The notes under the pieces were generated by a model. It ran no database searches, was not told where the DNA came from, and saw nothing but the letters and a program-made list of their open reading frames with translations. The translations under genes and the position numbers were made by a program. From an archaeon (GTDB lineage: Archaea; Asgardarchaeota; Thorarchaeia; Thorarchaeales; Thorarchaeaceae), in assembly GCA_024275415.1 (NCBI GenBank), contig JAJRZD010000022.1:8375-40374 (forward strand): a stretch of DNA of 32,000 nucleotides, given 5' to 3'. This document shows positions 19,124 to 29,559 of this stretch, piece after piece. Each line of letters opens with the position of its first letter. Positions within the stretch are counted from its first letter, which is position 1.

Positions 19124-20677
19124 TCACAATGGGATATTCCCATGTTTCTTTGGCGGACGGGTTTGACGCTTGGTTTCAAGCAGGTCTAGTCCTTTGCATA
19201 TGAGGGGACGGGTTTCGTGGGGGAAGATGACCTTGTCTATGTACCCTAGTCCTGCCGCGATATAGGGGTTGGCGAATTTCTCTCGGTACTCCTTGGTCAG
19301 TTCAGCCCGCTTTTTCTCCTTGTTTTTTGCGGCCTCGATCTCTTTCCTGAAGATGATATTGATTGCACCATCAGGACCCATTACTGCAATCTCTGCAGTA
19401 GGCCACGCGAACACAAGGTCTGCTCCAATATGTTTGGATGCCATGACATCAAAAGCACCACCATATCCTTTCCTAGTGATGATGGTGATGAGAGGGACGG
19501 TGGCCTCGGCGTACGCATAGAGAATTTTTGCACCGTGACGAATGATCCCTCCCCATTCTTGTGCAGTCCCTGGTAGGTATCCCGGCACATCTTGGAACGT
19601 GATGATGGGGATGTTGAATGCATCACAAGTACGGACAAAACGAGCACATTTGTCAGAAGCGTTGATGTCAATTGTCCCCGCAAGATGGGCTGGGTTCTGA
19701 CCAACGATGCCGACAGCCCGACCATCGAACCTCGCAAAGCCGGTAATCATGTTCTGAGCCCAGTGTTCATGAACCTCGAAGAACTCGCCATTGTCCACAA
19801 GTTTTCTGACTACATCACGCATATCGTATGGCTTGTTGGGATCATCGGGTACGATATCATCAATCGACATATCGACATCATCGGGAGCGTGTCCAGTTTC
19901 AAACCGCGGCGGATCCTCCATATTGTTGCTCGGCAAATAACTGAGCAGCGTTCGTATCTGGTCGAAACAATGCTCTTCGTCCTCGCTGGCAAACTGGGCA
20001 ACACCACTCACGGAGTTGTGGGTCATTGCACCACCAAGCTCCTCGAAGGTAACTTCCTCCCCCGTCACCGTCTTGATGACATCGGGGCCCGTGATGAACA
20101 TGTGAGCCGATTCTTTCACCATGATGGTAAAATCTGTGACTGCTGGGCTATACACAGCACCACCAGCACAAGGGCCCAGGACAGCAGAGATTTGAGGAAT
20201 GACGCCGCTTGCAAGAGTGTTGCGTCTGAATATCTTACAATATGCCACGAGACTCTTGATGCCTTCTTGCACCCGCGCACCGGCTCCCGAGTTCAACCCG
20301 ACAAGAGGGGCACCCACTTCCATGGCAAGATCCATTATCTTTACGATCTTCTCGCCGTACATCTCGGATAATGAGCCGCCAAAGACAGTGAAATCCTGGC
20401 TGAAAATGAAAACCTTTCTCCCGTTGATGGTGCCATAACCGGTCACAACGCCATCGCCATAGATCTTCTTCTTGTCCATCCCGAAGTTGGTTTCACGGTG
20501 CACTACGAACTCGTCAATCTCGACAAAGGAGCCCGGATCAAGGAGTTTGTCGATTCTCTCTCTTGCAGTGAGCCGGCCTCGATCATGCTCCCGCTTGATT
20601 CTCTCTTCGCCGCCTCCAAGTTTGGCTTCTTCTCGCTTCCGTTTCAATTCCTCGAATTTATCATTGGCCATGTTCAT
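19124..20677 (-). CDS. pccB: Acyl-CoA carboxyltransferase beta subunit (propionyl-CoA carboxylase beta / methylmalonyl-CoA decarboxylase alpha type)
   Basis: GRLTARERIDKLLDPGSFVE, DFTVFGGSL, SGAGARVQEG, GGIIRHGAK and PPKKHGNIPL motifs. Confidence 0.95.
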   Translation of the reverse strand: MNMANDKFEELKRKREEAKLGGGEERIKREHDRGRLTARERIDKLLDPGSFVEIDEFVVHRETNFGMDKKKIYGDGVVTGYGTINGRKVFIFSQDFTVFGGSLSEMYGEKIVKIMDLAMEVGAPLVGLNSGAGARVQEGIKSLVAYCKIFRRNTLASGVIPQISAVLGPCAGGAVYSPAVTDFTIMVKESAHMFITGPDVIKTVTGEEVTFEELGGAMTHNSVSGVAQFASEDEEHCFDQIRTLLSYLPSNNMEDPPRFETGHAPDDVDMSIDDIVPDDPNKPYDMRDVVRKLVDNGEFFEVHEHWAQNMITGFARFDGRAVGIVGQNPAHLAGTIDINASDKCARFVRTCDAFNIPIITFQDVPGYLPGTAQEWGGIIRHGAKILYAYAEATVPLITIITRKGYGGAFDVMASKHIGADLVFAWPTAEIAVMGPDGAINIIFRKEIEAAKNKEKKRAELTKEYREKFANPYIAAGLGYIDKVIFPHETRPLICKGLDLLETKRQTRPPKKHGNIPL

Positions 20678-20915
20678 ACCATCCTGTGTGCGAGGGCTAA
20701 AAGGAACTCATCTCTCGGTTTTTTGAATGTTCTGATTCTGCCTGGAATACAAGTCCAACAGGATCGGGAGGGGGAAAATCGAATTATCAATATCGTATTG
20801 ATGATGAGCATTGTAGATGAGGTATTTGGCAGGTTCTCGTCATTTGTGCAAAGAGTGTTTATCAAAATTGCAGTGTTATCTCTATTAGAAGGCGAATGTA
20901 CAGGAGTCTATTTTG

Positions 20916-21830
20916 ATGGCAAAAGTTGAACTCTCGTATATTAATCGACAAGGTAGAACTAAGACTCTCTCGGTGAACCATACTGCGACCAGAATTGAGT
21001 TCACCAATAAGGGTATCGCGTCGATTGACCTTTCGCCGATCAGAGAATGTATAAGACTGAGAGATTTTCTAATATATGGCAATGAGCTTGTTGAACTCGA
21101 CCTCACGCCGCTTCAGGGATGCCCTCTACTTAGGACACTGGTTCTTCGTGATAACAGGCTGCGAGAGATTGATCTCAGCCCTATTAGAGAGAGCATGGAA
21201 CTATCAAGATTGGATCTCCGGGAGAACCAACTCCAATCACTGGACTTGGAACCACTTGCGAATCATCAAGGTCTGGACAAGTTCCAACTGGAGAAGAACC
21301 CACTACTGGAACTGGATATTAGCCCTTTGCTAACATGTAGAGGATTAAAGGAAGTCACTCTAGATAGACACCTAAAACTCAAGGCTTCCCGAAGTCTTGC
21401 TGGCGCGGTACGCGGACCAATGACCAAGTACAGAAACAGAATCGTGTGGTATGAAAGACAATTCACCCCAACGTCAACGCAAAAGCCGATACAAGCAGTA
21501 TCATCGAATCATGCAAGCAACATGGCACTCGGAGTTTTGAAATCTGTCCCAAGAATCACTATGCAAGAATTGACCAGGTATACGGACATGTCAGTCGAAG
21601 ACACACGAGACCTCGTATTCCTTCTTGTAGGCGAAGGAAAGGTTTCCGGACGATATGAGCCTTCCACTGACGAGTTCATCTCACTTGATGCGGTTCAGAC
21701 TGTGAAAGAGCTCAGGTCTGACGAGATAGTGGTTCAAAGATGCCAATACTGTGGAAGCCCACTTCCCAGACGTTTGATTCCTGGCGATAGGATCGCCTGC
21801 GAAGCTTGCGGTCAAACGAACGAAGCGTAG
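20916..21830 (+). CDS. Leucine-rich-repeat protein with C-terminal winged-helix (PCI-like) segment and zinc ribbon
   Basis: About five (I/L)DL(S/T/E)PL...LxLxxN repeats; ITMQELTRYTDMSVEDTRDLVFLLVGEGKVSGRY; CQYC...CEAC. Confidence 0.85.
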   Translation: MAKVELSYINRQGRTKTLSVNHTATRIEFTNKGIASIDLSPIRECIRLRDFLIYGNELVELDLTPLQGCPLLRTLVLRDNRLREIDLSPIRESMELSRLDLRENQLQSLDLEPLANHQGLDKFQLEKNPLLELDISPLLTCRGLKEVTLDRHLKLKASRSLAGAVRGPMTKYRNRIVWYERQFTPTSTQKPIQAVSSNHASNMALGVLKSVPRITMQELTRYTDMSVEDTRDLVFLLVGEGKVSGRYEPSTDEFISLDAVQTVKELRSDEIVVQRCQYCGSPLPRRLIPGDRIACEACGQTNEA

Positions 21831-21989
21831 ACCCATTCATACATTGTAGATACCTCCATAACCAACGAAAATCTGCCAGAGGGATAAGATACTGTATGAC
21901 ACATATCGGCAGTATTGCTCACAGGACGCACATTCTTGAATCCCGGAATGAACAGCCATTCATTTGATGGGATAACATGTCCTAGAAGG

Positions 21990-22850
21990 TTAGGATTTGT
22001 TGGCTTCTCGAAGATACGAAACTTTGGCGAACTCATCCAGATCACTCCGGGTCAACGCCTCATTAATGGACATCCCTATCAGTTCTACGCCTAGTTTCAA
22101 AGATGCTTTGTCGAGCCATGCTTCTCTTGTGTCCCGTGCGATAATGCTAGCTGCTGCAACGGCACATTCTTTCTCGGCATTATGCATCTGAACGACTTCA
22201 GCCTGTGTGACATCGATTCGCCGTTCAAGTCGCTCATTCATCTTCTTCCTGTCAAACTCGTCGATGACTATTCTGATTGGCTGTGCTTTTACTCTCAGAT
22301 CTTCGAATACATTCCCGATGGCTTCTGCATGTGCCCAGGCAAGGAGATGATTGAGATTCTTGCCCTCAGCACGCATCTCGGCAAGGCGTCGTTCAAAGGT
22401 CTTTGGTGGTATTGTTATCGATTGGGATGCAAGAGAATGCTCTTCGATTTCGAAAGCGAGCTCTCCAATCTTGTAGGGGGACAGCTGCTTGCTGTCCATG
22501 ACTCCAACACTGCGAAGGTAGGCCTCCTGCTCTGCATCAATCCCGACGGCCGCGACAACAAGCGGGCCTAGCCACTCGCCCTTACCAGCTTCATCAGACC
22601 CGATGGTAATGGCAGTAGAGCCACCGGACATGATTTGCTGTACTGAATCCCTGAGCAGCTTTGCGGTTTCAGGGGAGTTGGCCACGACCTTCCCGCTGGA
22701 ATAGCCAACAATCAGCCCTCCTGCATAATAGAAGCGAAACGCCTCGTATTGGTTGGAAAGGCGTCGTTGATGTGTGTTCTCGTGATCCATAAGAAGCACA
22801 CGTAGTTCATCCAAATGCTCAGGCGATATCTTTACCACGTAGGGATCCAT
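21990..22850 (-). CDS. rnhC: Ribonuclease HIII (RNase H2 family with N-terminal TBP-like domain)
   Basis: GSDEAGKGEWLGPLVVAAV, DSKQLS, IDEFD and AAASIIAR motifs, preceded by a ~80-aa domain ending IVGYSSGKVV. Start moved to ATG 22850, directly after birA. Confidence 0.8.
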   Translation of the reverse strand: MDPYVVKISPEHLDELRVLLMDHENTHQRRLSNQYEAFRFYYAGGLIVGYSSGKVVANSPETAKLLRDSVQQIMSGGSTAITIGSDEAGKGEWLGPLVVAAVGIDAEQEAYLRSVGVMDSKQLSPYKIGELAFEIEEHSLASQSITIPPKTFERRLAEMRAEGKNLNHLLAWAHAEAIGNVFEDLRVKAQPIRIVIDEFDRKKMNERLERRIDVTQAEVVQMHNAEKECAVAAASIIARDTREAWLDKASLKLGVELIGMSINEALTRSDLDEFAKVSYLREANKS

Positions 22851-22854
22851 TCTT

Positions 22855-23640
22855 CTAATCACATCCTCGAAGGTGAGTGACTTCACCTGAATTGACACGA
22901 TGTGTACGACCTGCATCATCTCGTATCAATAGTGAACCATCTCTCTCGATGTCAAAAGCAATGCCCACCAGTTCTGTCCCATGTATCCGTGCCACTACCT
23001 GTTTCCCAAGGGTCAGACAGTGTGTCCTATACACGGAAACTACGTTCGATAGGGAAGGGCACTCCACAAGCCAAGATTCAAGTGCGACCACAATGGCAGC
23101 GAGGAACTCTTCAAGATTGTGCTCCTTTCCAGTTTCAATCCTGAGAGATGTAGCATGTGAACGGATTTCTTCAGGAAACATGTTCGGAAGTGTGTTGACG
23201 TTGATGCCAGCACCAACAACAAGTCCCTTTATTCTTTCATCATCCGTGACTAGTTCTGAGAGGATACCACATACCTTCCTGTTGCTTACTAACAGGTCAT
23301 TCGGCCACTTGAGCATACACTCCAATCCGGATTTTTTATGGATAACTTCGCGGATGACACAGGCGACCATCAGCCCGTAGAGCGGAAGGGAAACCACCTC
23401 GGATGACGGGAGAAGAACCAGTGAGAAATACAGACCTCCCTTGGGAGAATGCCAAGCACGTCCTAGTCTTCCTCGTCCATGAGTCTGCGCTTCAGCAACA
23501 ACGAGTGTCCCATGTCCAGCCCCTTGGGATAGCAGTCCTTTCGCGATAGTGTTCGTTGAATCGACTATATCGAACACCTCTACACGGTGTTGTGCGGATG
23601 ATGTCAGCAGATTTGAGAGTAACCGTTCCTTATCGATCAT
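22855..23640 (-). CDS. birA: Biotin-protein ligase (no N-terminal HTH)
   Basis: STN, QTHGRGRLGRAWHSP, KWPND, KVCGIL and GAGIN motifs. Start ATG 23640 preferred over GTG 23658. Confidence 0.96.
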   Translation of the reverse strand: MIDKERLLSNLLTSSAQHRVEVFDIVDSTNTIAKGLLSQGAGHGTLVVAEAQTHGRGRLGRAWHSPKGGLYFSLVLLPSSEVVSLPLYGLMVACVIREVIHKKSGLECMLKWPNDLLVSNRKVCGILSELVTDDERIKGLVVGAGINVNTLPNMFPEEIRSHATSLRIETGKEHNLEEFLAAIVVALESWLVECPSLSNVVSVYRTHCLTLGKQVVARIHGTELVGIAFDIERDGSLLIRDDAGRTHRVNSGEVTHLRGCD

Positions 23641-23786
23641 GTGATAGACACGGTGCACCTTCAGATGGCGATATCTTATGAATCCTACACTGTTCCCAAA
23701 GCTGTTTTTTGATCATTGTGTGCTAGAATTCATTGCAACATGGTTTATATTGTGCCGAACTTGCGTATTCTCGCGAGTGGTACACA

Positions 23787-24611
23787 ATGCCGAGCTTTGC
23801 GGGTGCTGTCATACTACCGGAAGAGAGGAAGACATTGCTCTTCAAGAACAGGGACTTGAGAACTACGAACCACAAGGATGAGATATTCTACGATGTGGAC
23901 TGCTTTGGTATCCGTGGGGTTGATGCCGTGACGGGAAAGGTCGCTGGGCTGGCTGTAGGTGTCAACCGACAGGGCCTTGCAGCAGCCAACACCCATGTCA
24001 GGAACACAGACGATCCGTCGTATCACTTATTGACAGAGCAGATCCTGATGTTCGCTAAGGATACAGAAGATGGACTCGCATTAGTAGTCGAGCATCTGAA
24101 GCAAGGCCGAAAATACCAGTGGGGTAACATAGTTCTCGTTGATAAAGATAGTGCACTGGTGATAGAGGTAGCAGGCAGTGAACATTCGATAGAGTGGTCA
24201 CAGCGAAAGGTGCTTCGGACTAGTCATCATATCCTATTAGACACTGAGGATGCGCTGAGAGCTCAAATGGGAAATTCACATATCTTCGAGTCGTCATTGA
24301 AGCGCGTGGAGCGCGGTTATGACTTGCTCAGGCAGTCCACCAGCAAGGACGACATAATGAACTTGCTCAAAGACCATGGCGATGGCCCCGGACAGTCCAG
24401 CCTTTGTCGACATGCTGATTCTACAGATGACTTGACCACTGCGATGAGCTACATTGTTGAGGTCACCTTTGACCCAGAATCGGGGAAACCTCGCATAGTG
24501 TTCAACGTGGCCAACGGGAACCCCTGTTCATCTGAGTATAGGGCGATACCTCTTGTGTTCCCTGCGGATGAGGAAATCATGAAACGGGCATCACAGATGT
24601 ATTTACAATAG
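23787..24611 (+). CDS. Ntn-hydrolase fold protein, peptidase C45/AAT-like, apparently lacking the N-terminal Cys
   Basis: LLFKNRD, GVNRQGLAAAN, GNIVLVD...VIE and SLCRH motifs. Start ATG 23787 preferred. Confidence 0.7.
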   Translation: MPSFAGAVILPEERKTLLFKNRDLRTTNHKDEIFYDVDCFGIRGVDAVTGKVAGLAVGVNRQGLAAANTHVRNTDDPSYHLLTEQILMFAKDTEDGLALVVEHLKQGRKYQWGNIVLVDKDSALVIEVAGSEHSIEWSQRKVLRTSHHILLDTEDALRAQMGNSHIFESSLKRVERGYDLLRQSTSKDDIMNLLKDHGDGPGQSSLCRHADSTDDLTTAMSYIVEVTFDPESGKPRIVFNVANGNPCSSEYRAIPLVFPADEEIMKRASQMYLQ

Positions 24612-24635
24612 GCAAGTCCCAGTGCATCACTGAGA

Positions 24636-25931
24636 TCAGGTCATATCTTCATCCTCTGCTTCGACGATCTCAATACCAACCTCTCTTTCAGTAGCTGCTC
24701 GGATTGACTCAATCTCGGCCTCCTTTGACTTGAAGAACACATAGAAGAGGATGATAGAGAGTACATACAGTCCTGACACGAGGATGTAGGGGAGGCGATA
24801 GAGTCCTGCAGCTAGAAGTGCACCCCCAATGTTGGCAGCGACTCCACGAACGAAGGAGCCGCCAGTCCGTACTATCCCTGTTGCAGTAGCACGCTCCTCC
24901 TTGGTCAGACATTCCATGAAAAGAGCCTGCGCAACAGGCCCGGCCATATTCATCAGTACGGTTCTCGCAACATATGCTATCACAGCCAGGTAAAGGACGG
25001 GTGCCCACGATATCATCAACAGGAACGGAATAGATAATGCCTCAGTGACTACTACCGTTCGCACTTTCCCGATGCGATCTGAAAGAGCGGGGGCTGTGAA
25101 ATTCCCTACCGCCAAAACAACGGTGTTGATGGCGAAGATGATACCGATGAGAGACGAGTCTGCGGAGAACACTTGGGCGAAGAAGACATTGAAGAATATG
25201 ACAATCATTCCAGCACCCAGGCCAAGAATCGTGACAGCTGTAGCATACTGTCCGATGAATTTCCAGCTGTGTACGTTCTGGAAGCCGAATCGAGAGCCCA
25301 TGTTTGGAGCCCGATCCCGTGACATGGGAATAACTGCAAGGCCACCGATGAACATGGGTATCAGGCTGAGCCAGAGCGTGAACCGGTAGGGAAAGAACAG
25401 CCCAGAGGTAGAGCCCATCGAGGTCTGTAATATGTTCGGGAGGAAACCGCCTGTCAGGTTCCCGGCGAGCACTGAAAGGAGCGAGATACCGCTGCTGAAA
25501 CCGAATAGATGTGCGCGTTCTTCATTAGTCGATAGCTCTGTGATATAGGGCCCCCATGACACCTGACTGAAAGCACTTGAGAAACCGAGCACAACTTGCG
25601 ACAGCATAAGAGTGATAGGATCGAGAGAAACGTATTGGACAGTAATCATCAGAAAACTCACAAAAATTGCGACCATCACAGTCTGTTTCCTGCTTCGTCG
25701 ATCTGTGTACATCCCTGCAACTATTGCGATGGCAGCAGTAGCAAACATGGAAATTGAAAGGAAGAAACCGAGGAAGTCTTCTGCGAAACCGGCCTCGAGC
25801 ATATAGAGATTGAATATCACCGAACTTATCCCGAATGCGAATGCATTAAGGGCATTGCTCGTGATGTACAATCTAGCGTCTTTTCGAAATAGTCGGATCC
25901 GTTCGATGTAGCCCAGTTTCCCATTCTCCAA
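24636..25931 (-). CDS. MFS transporter
   Basis: About 12 TM helices; motif A-like GMYTDRRSRK and ALSDRIGKVR. Confidence 0.93.
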   Translation of the reverse strand: MENGKLGYIERIRLFRKDARLYITSNALNAFAFGISSVIFNLYMLEAGFAEDFLGFFLSISMFATAAIAIVAGMYTDRRSRKQTVMVAIFVSFLMITVQYVSLDPITLMLSQVVLGFSSAFSQVSWGPYITELSTNEERAHLFGFSSGISLLSVLAGNLTGGFLPNILQTSMGSTSGLFFPYRFTLWLSLIPMFIGGLAVIPMSRDRAPNMGSRFGFQNVHSWKFIGQYATAVTILGLGAGMIVIFFNVFFAQVFSADSSLIGIIFAINTVVLAVGNFTAPALSDRIGKVRTVVVTEALSIPFLLMISWAPVLYLAVIAYVARTVLMNMAGPVAQALFMECLTKEERATATGIVRTGGSFVRGVAANIGGALLAAGLYRLPYILVSGLYVLSIILFYVFFKSKEAEIESIRAATEREVGIEIVEAEDEDMT

Positions 25932-26052
25932 TATCCATTACTCCGACAGGGTGTCTGTGAAATGTCTGCCAATGAGGATAGCCTATAATCATATCGAACT
26001 GTACATCGTCAAATGGACAAATCTAAATCGTTGAATGGTTGTCCGGAGGGAT

Positions 26053-27102
26053 ATGAAAAAGATTGACCTCCGTAGTGATACCTTCACCCTTCCAACAGAT
26101 GAGATGATAGAGGCGATTGCTACAGCACACAGGGAAGGAAGACTCGGTGACGATGTAGCCGGAGAAGACGAGGTAGTGAACGAGCTGCAAGAGAAGGCAG
26201 CAAGTATCCTTGGGAAGGATCGAGCGTTGCTGGTGACCTCCGGGACTCAGGGGAATCTTATCTCGATGTTCTCTCAGACGAAACGTGGCGATGAGATAGT
26301 GATGGAAAGGATGTCACATACGTTCCTGTTCGAGGGCGGAGCTATGGCGTCACTTGGCGGTCTATATCCTAAGCCAGTCGAAGGCGTCAGGGGCTACATC
26401 CTTCCAGAAACGTTGGAAACTGCCATCAGTCCTGATGATGCCCACTATGCGAGGACAGCAATGGTCATCATCGAGAACACGCATAATTACGCAGGAGGTG
26501 TTGTCACCACACCAGAGCAGATCAAGGCGCTTTGTGAGGTCGCACGTTCCCGCGAATTGAAAATCCATGTTGACGGTGCCCGCCTGTTCAATGCAGCGGT
26601 TGCCCTTGGAATCAAAGCACGCGAGCTGGTGAAAGATGTTGATAGCGTCCAGATTTGCCTGAGCAAAGGTCTCTCGGCTCCTGTGGGCTCAATCATCGCG
26701 GGTACTGAGGAGTTCATCCACGAGGCGCACCGAATGCGCAAGAAGATGGGAGGTGGCATGCGTCAGGCAGGCATCATTGCAGCCCCAGGGATCATCGCTC
26801 TTGAGAAGATGGTAGATAGGCTGAAAGAAGACCACGCAAACGCAAGACTTCTCTTCGAGCGGATATCACAGGTTCCTGAGTTGGATGTCGAACCACCGGA
26901 CACAAACATTCTCTTCGTGAAGTTAGATAGACTAGGGATTGATGCAGGGCGTTTCTCTAGAGAACTGGCCGAAAAAGGTATTCTCGTCTATGGCGAATAT
27001 GGCACACGAACTAGGTTTGTGCTAAACCGGATGGTTAGCAGAGAAGATACTCTCTATGTTGCAGACGCCATTGAGGAGATTGTCCGGAAAGTCAGTGGAT
27101 GA
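26053..27102 (+). CDS. ltaE: Low-specificity L-threonine aldolase (PLP-dependent)
   Basis: IDLRSDT, SGTQGN, IENTHN, HVDGARLFNA, CLSKGLSAPVGS and GGGMRQAG motifs; GGAGGG upstream of ATG 26053. Confidence 0.96.
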   Translation: MKKIDLRSDTFTLPTDEMIEAIATAHREGRLGDDVAGEDEVVNELQEKAASILGKDRALLVTSGTQGNLISMFSQTKRGDEIVMERMSHTFLFEGGAMASLGGLYPKPVEGVRGYILPETLETAISPDDAHYARTAMVIIENTHNYAGGVVTTPEQIKALCEVARSRELKIHVDGARLFNAAVALGIKARELVKDVDSVQICLSKGLSAPVGSIIAGTEEFIHEAHRMRKKMGGGMRQAGIIAAPGIIALEKMVDRLKEDHANARLLFERISQVPELDVEPPDTNILFVKLDRLGIDAGRFSRELAEKGILVYGEYGTRTRFVLNRMVSREDTLYVADAIEEIVRKVSG

Positions 27103-27103
27103 A

Positions 27104-27382
27104 CTACCCACCTATCTTTGCTCTTGCATCAACCAGCATCTTTGTGCAGTGATCAGACCAATCCGGGGCAAGCTTCATTGCTTTCTCTGCACATTCGATG
27201 CACTCGTTATACTGCCCTAGCTGGTAGTGCAGCCTCGCCTTGTAGAACCAAGCATGTGCATATTCTTCATTGATCCGTACTGCCTTGGAGTATGCTGATA
27301 GTGCCTCATCATAGCGCCCATTCGCTTCATGGCTCTTCGCTTTGCGATATAATGCGAAATGGTCGAGGTCTTCCTCAGACAT
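27104..27382 (-). CDS. Small TPR protein (about two repeats)
   Basis: GRYDEALSAYSKAVRINEEYAHAWFYKARLHYQLGQYNECIECAEKAMKLAP; GGAGG RBS. Confidence 0.88.
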   Translation of the reverse strand: MSEEDLDHFALYRKAKSHEANGRYDEALSAYSKAVRINEEYAHAWFYKARLHYQLGQYNECIECAEKAMKLAPDWSDHCTKMLVDARAKIGG

Positions 27383-27461
27383 CAGTTATGCCTCCAATTG
27401 GATAATATACTCAACTAATCAAATAAGTCCTCTGTTGTCAAACTAGCCATGGGCCTATTCT

Positions 27462-27869
27462 CTATTCAGGCTCTTCGCATATCTCCAAAAGAACGCCAGA
27501 CGTAGACTTTGGATGAATGAAAGCGATTCTCATGTTGTGTGCACCAATCCTTGGCTCGTTATCGATCAGGCGGACATCATTCTCCGCATGCTTTTGAAGG
27601 TCTGAATGGATTGCATCGGTTCTGACTGCAATATGATGTATGCCTCCACCCCGTTTTTCAATGAACTTGGCAATTGGGCTATCCGGACTTGTGGGCTCCA
27701 GCAGTTCGATACGGCTCTCCCCTATCGTAAGAAATGCCACACGAACCTTCTGTTCCTCCACTACCTCACTTCCCATGTACTCCAAGCCCAAGATATCCCT
27801 GTAGTAGGGTAGCGCCTCTTCGATACTCTTGACTGCAATGCCGATATGATCTATCTTGTCAATTGTCAC
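27462..27869 (-). CDS. mce: Methylmalonyl-CoA epimerase
   Basis: IDHIGIAV, IELLEP, GGGIHHIA and AFIHPKSTSGVLLEICE motifs; GAGGTGA RBS. Confidence 0.96.
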   Translation of the reverse strand: MTIDKIDHIGIAVKSIEEALPYYRDILGLEYMGSEVVEEQKVRVAFLTIGESRIELLEPTSPDSPIAKFIEKRGGGIHHIAVRTDAIHSDLQKHAENDVRLIDNEPRIGAHNMRIAFIHPKSTSGVLLEICEEPE

Positions 27870-27878
27870 GATCTCACC

Positions 27879-29549
27879 TCAAAGGATGTCAGGTGCCTTG
27901 TACTCGCCGAATACAGAACGCAAGACATCACAAATCTCTCCAAGTGTTGCATATGCTTTGACTGCGTCAATGATATAGGGCATCAGGTTCTCAGTCCCCT
28001 CAGCACACTGCTTCAACGCCTTCAGAGTTGCCTCGACCTTTGCACCGTCACGATCCTGCTTCAGTGCCATCAATCGTTCGACCTGTTCACGTTCGATCTG
28101 TGGATTGACCCTCAGATACTCCATGGATTGCTCCTCTTTGACCGTGAACTTGTTGACACCCACAACCACTCGCTCCCCACTATCAACTGCTCTCTGGAAC
28201 GCATATGCTGCAGCGTGGATCTCTTTCTGGATATAACCTTGTTCGATGGCAGCCGGTGCACCGCCCATGGAGTCTATCTTCTTGATGTACTCCGTTGCCA
28301 ATCGCTCAATTTCGTTCGTAAGATATTCAATATAGTAGGATCCCGCAAGTGGGTCGATAGTATCACCTACACCAGACTCGTAGGCGATGATCTGCTGGGT
28401 TCTGAGCGCAATTTGCACCGAGTCCTCGGTGGGAAGTGACAGTGCCTCGTCACGCGAGTTGGTATGGAGTGATTGCGTGCCTCCGAGCACAGCCTGTAAT
28501 GCCTGCATCGTGACACGAACGATGTTGTTATCAGGCTGCTGTGCAGTTAGGGTGCATCCGGCAGTCTGTGTGTGGAATCTCATACGGGTTGACCTATCAC
28601 TCTTTGCATTGAATCGTTCCTTCATTATCCGAGCCCAGAGTCTACGTGCCGCACGGAACTTGGCAATCTCCTCAAGGAAATCTGAATGGCTGCCAAAGAA
28701 GAAGGAGAGGCGAGAAGCGAATGCGTCCACATCCAGCCCACTCTTGATAGCAGACTCGACATAGGCAATCCCATCCGCAATCGTGAACGCGACTTCTTGG
28801 ACTGCGGTTGAGCCAGCCTCACGTAGATGGTAGCCGCTGATCGAAATCGTGTTCCATAGCGGCATCTTCTCAGAGCAGAATCGAAAGATATCTGTGGTCA
28901 GTCTCATTGATGGCTGGGGCGGGAAGATGTAGGTTCCGCGTGCAGCATATTCCTTCAGGATGTCATTCTGGACAGTTCCTCGAAGCTTCTCCATAGGAAC
29001 CCCCTGCTTCTCGGCCACTACAATGTACATGGCAAGAAGGACGCTGGCTGGGGCGTTTATTGTCATGGATGTGCTTACTTTGTCTAATGGAATCGAGTCA
29101 AAAAGAACCTCCATATCAGCAAGCGAATCGATAGCAACACCCACCTTTCCGACTTCACCTTGTGCCAACGGATGGTCGGAGTCATAGCCAATTTGTGTTG
29201 GTAGGTCAAAGGCAACTGAGAGACCTGTCTGACCTTGCTCCAGCAGGAACTTGAAGCGCTCATTGGTTTCCTTGGCTGTGGCGAATCCGCTATACTGCCT
29301 CATGGTCCAGAAGCGACCGCGGTACATTGTCGGTTGGACACCTCTCGTGAAGGGGTAAGCACCAGGAAAGCCAACATCTCTGTTGTAGTCGATGTCTGCG
29401 GTGTCCACTGGGGAATACAAACGCTTGACGGGGATTCCGGATATCGTTGCGAACTCCTTCTTGCGCTCTGGAAACCTCTCAAGGGTCTTCCCAACGACCT
29501 TCTCATCCCACTCTTTCAGGGATTCAGAAACGTCCTTCTCCTCGACCAA
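27879..29549 (-). CDS. Methylmalonyl-CoA mutase, substrate-binding (large) subunit
   Basis: [40 protein letters not shown] and GGTQSLHTN motifs. The Tyr and Arg fit methylmalonyl-CoA specificity. Confidence 0.97.
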   Translation of the reverse strand: MVEEKDVSESLKEWDEKVVGKTLERFPERKKEFATISGIPVKRLYSPVDTADIDYNRDVGFPGAYPFTRGVQPTMYRGRFWTMRQYSGFATAKETNERFKFLLEQGQTGLSVAFDLPTQIGYDSDHPLAQGEVGKVGVAIDSLADMEVLFDSIPLDKVSTSMTINAPASVLLAMYIVVAEKQGVPMEKLRGTVQNDILKEYAARGTYIFPPQPSMRLTTDIFRFCSEKMPLWNTISISGYHLREAGSTAVQEVAFTIADGIAYVESAIKSGLDVDAFASRLSFFFGSHSDFLEEIAKFRAARRLWARIMKERFNAKSDRSTRMRFHTQTAGCTLTAQQPDNNIVRVTMQALQAVLGGTQSLHTNSRDEALSLPTEDSVQIALRTQQIIAYESGVGDTIDPLAGSYYIEYLTNEIERLATEYIKKIDSMGGAPAAIEQGYIQKEIHAAAYAFQRAVDSGERVVVGVNKFTVKEEQSMEYLRVNPQIEREQVERLMALKQDRDGAKVEATLKALKQCAEGTENLMPYIIDAVKAYATLGEICDVLRSVFGEYKAPDIL

Positions 29550-29559
29550 ATTATTTCAC

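Noticed and set aside
19269-20929. Long overlapping + strand ORFs opposite pccB, and similar ORFs opposite the mutase, meaB, birA and rnhC genes
   Set aside because: Antisense shadows of well-conserved genes, with no motifs of their own.
21812-22045. 77-aa - strand ORF between the LRR gene and rnhC
   Set aside because: Overlaps both neighbours, has no motif and no RBS.
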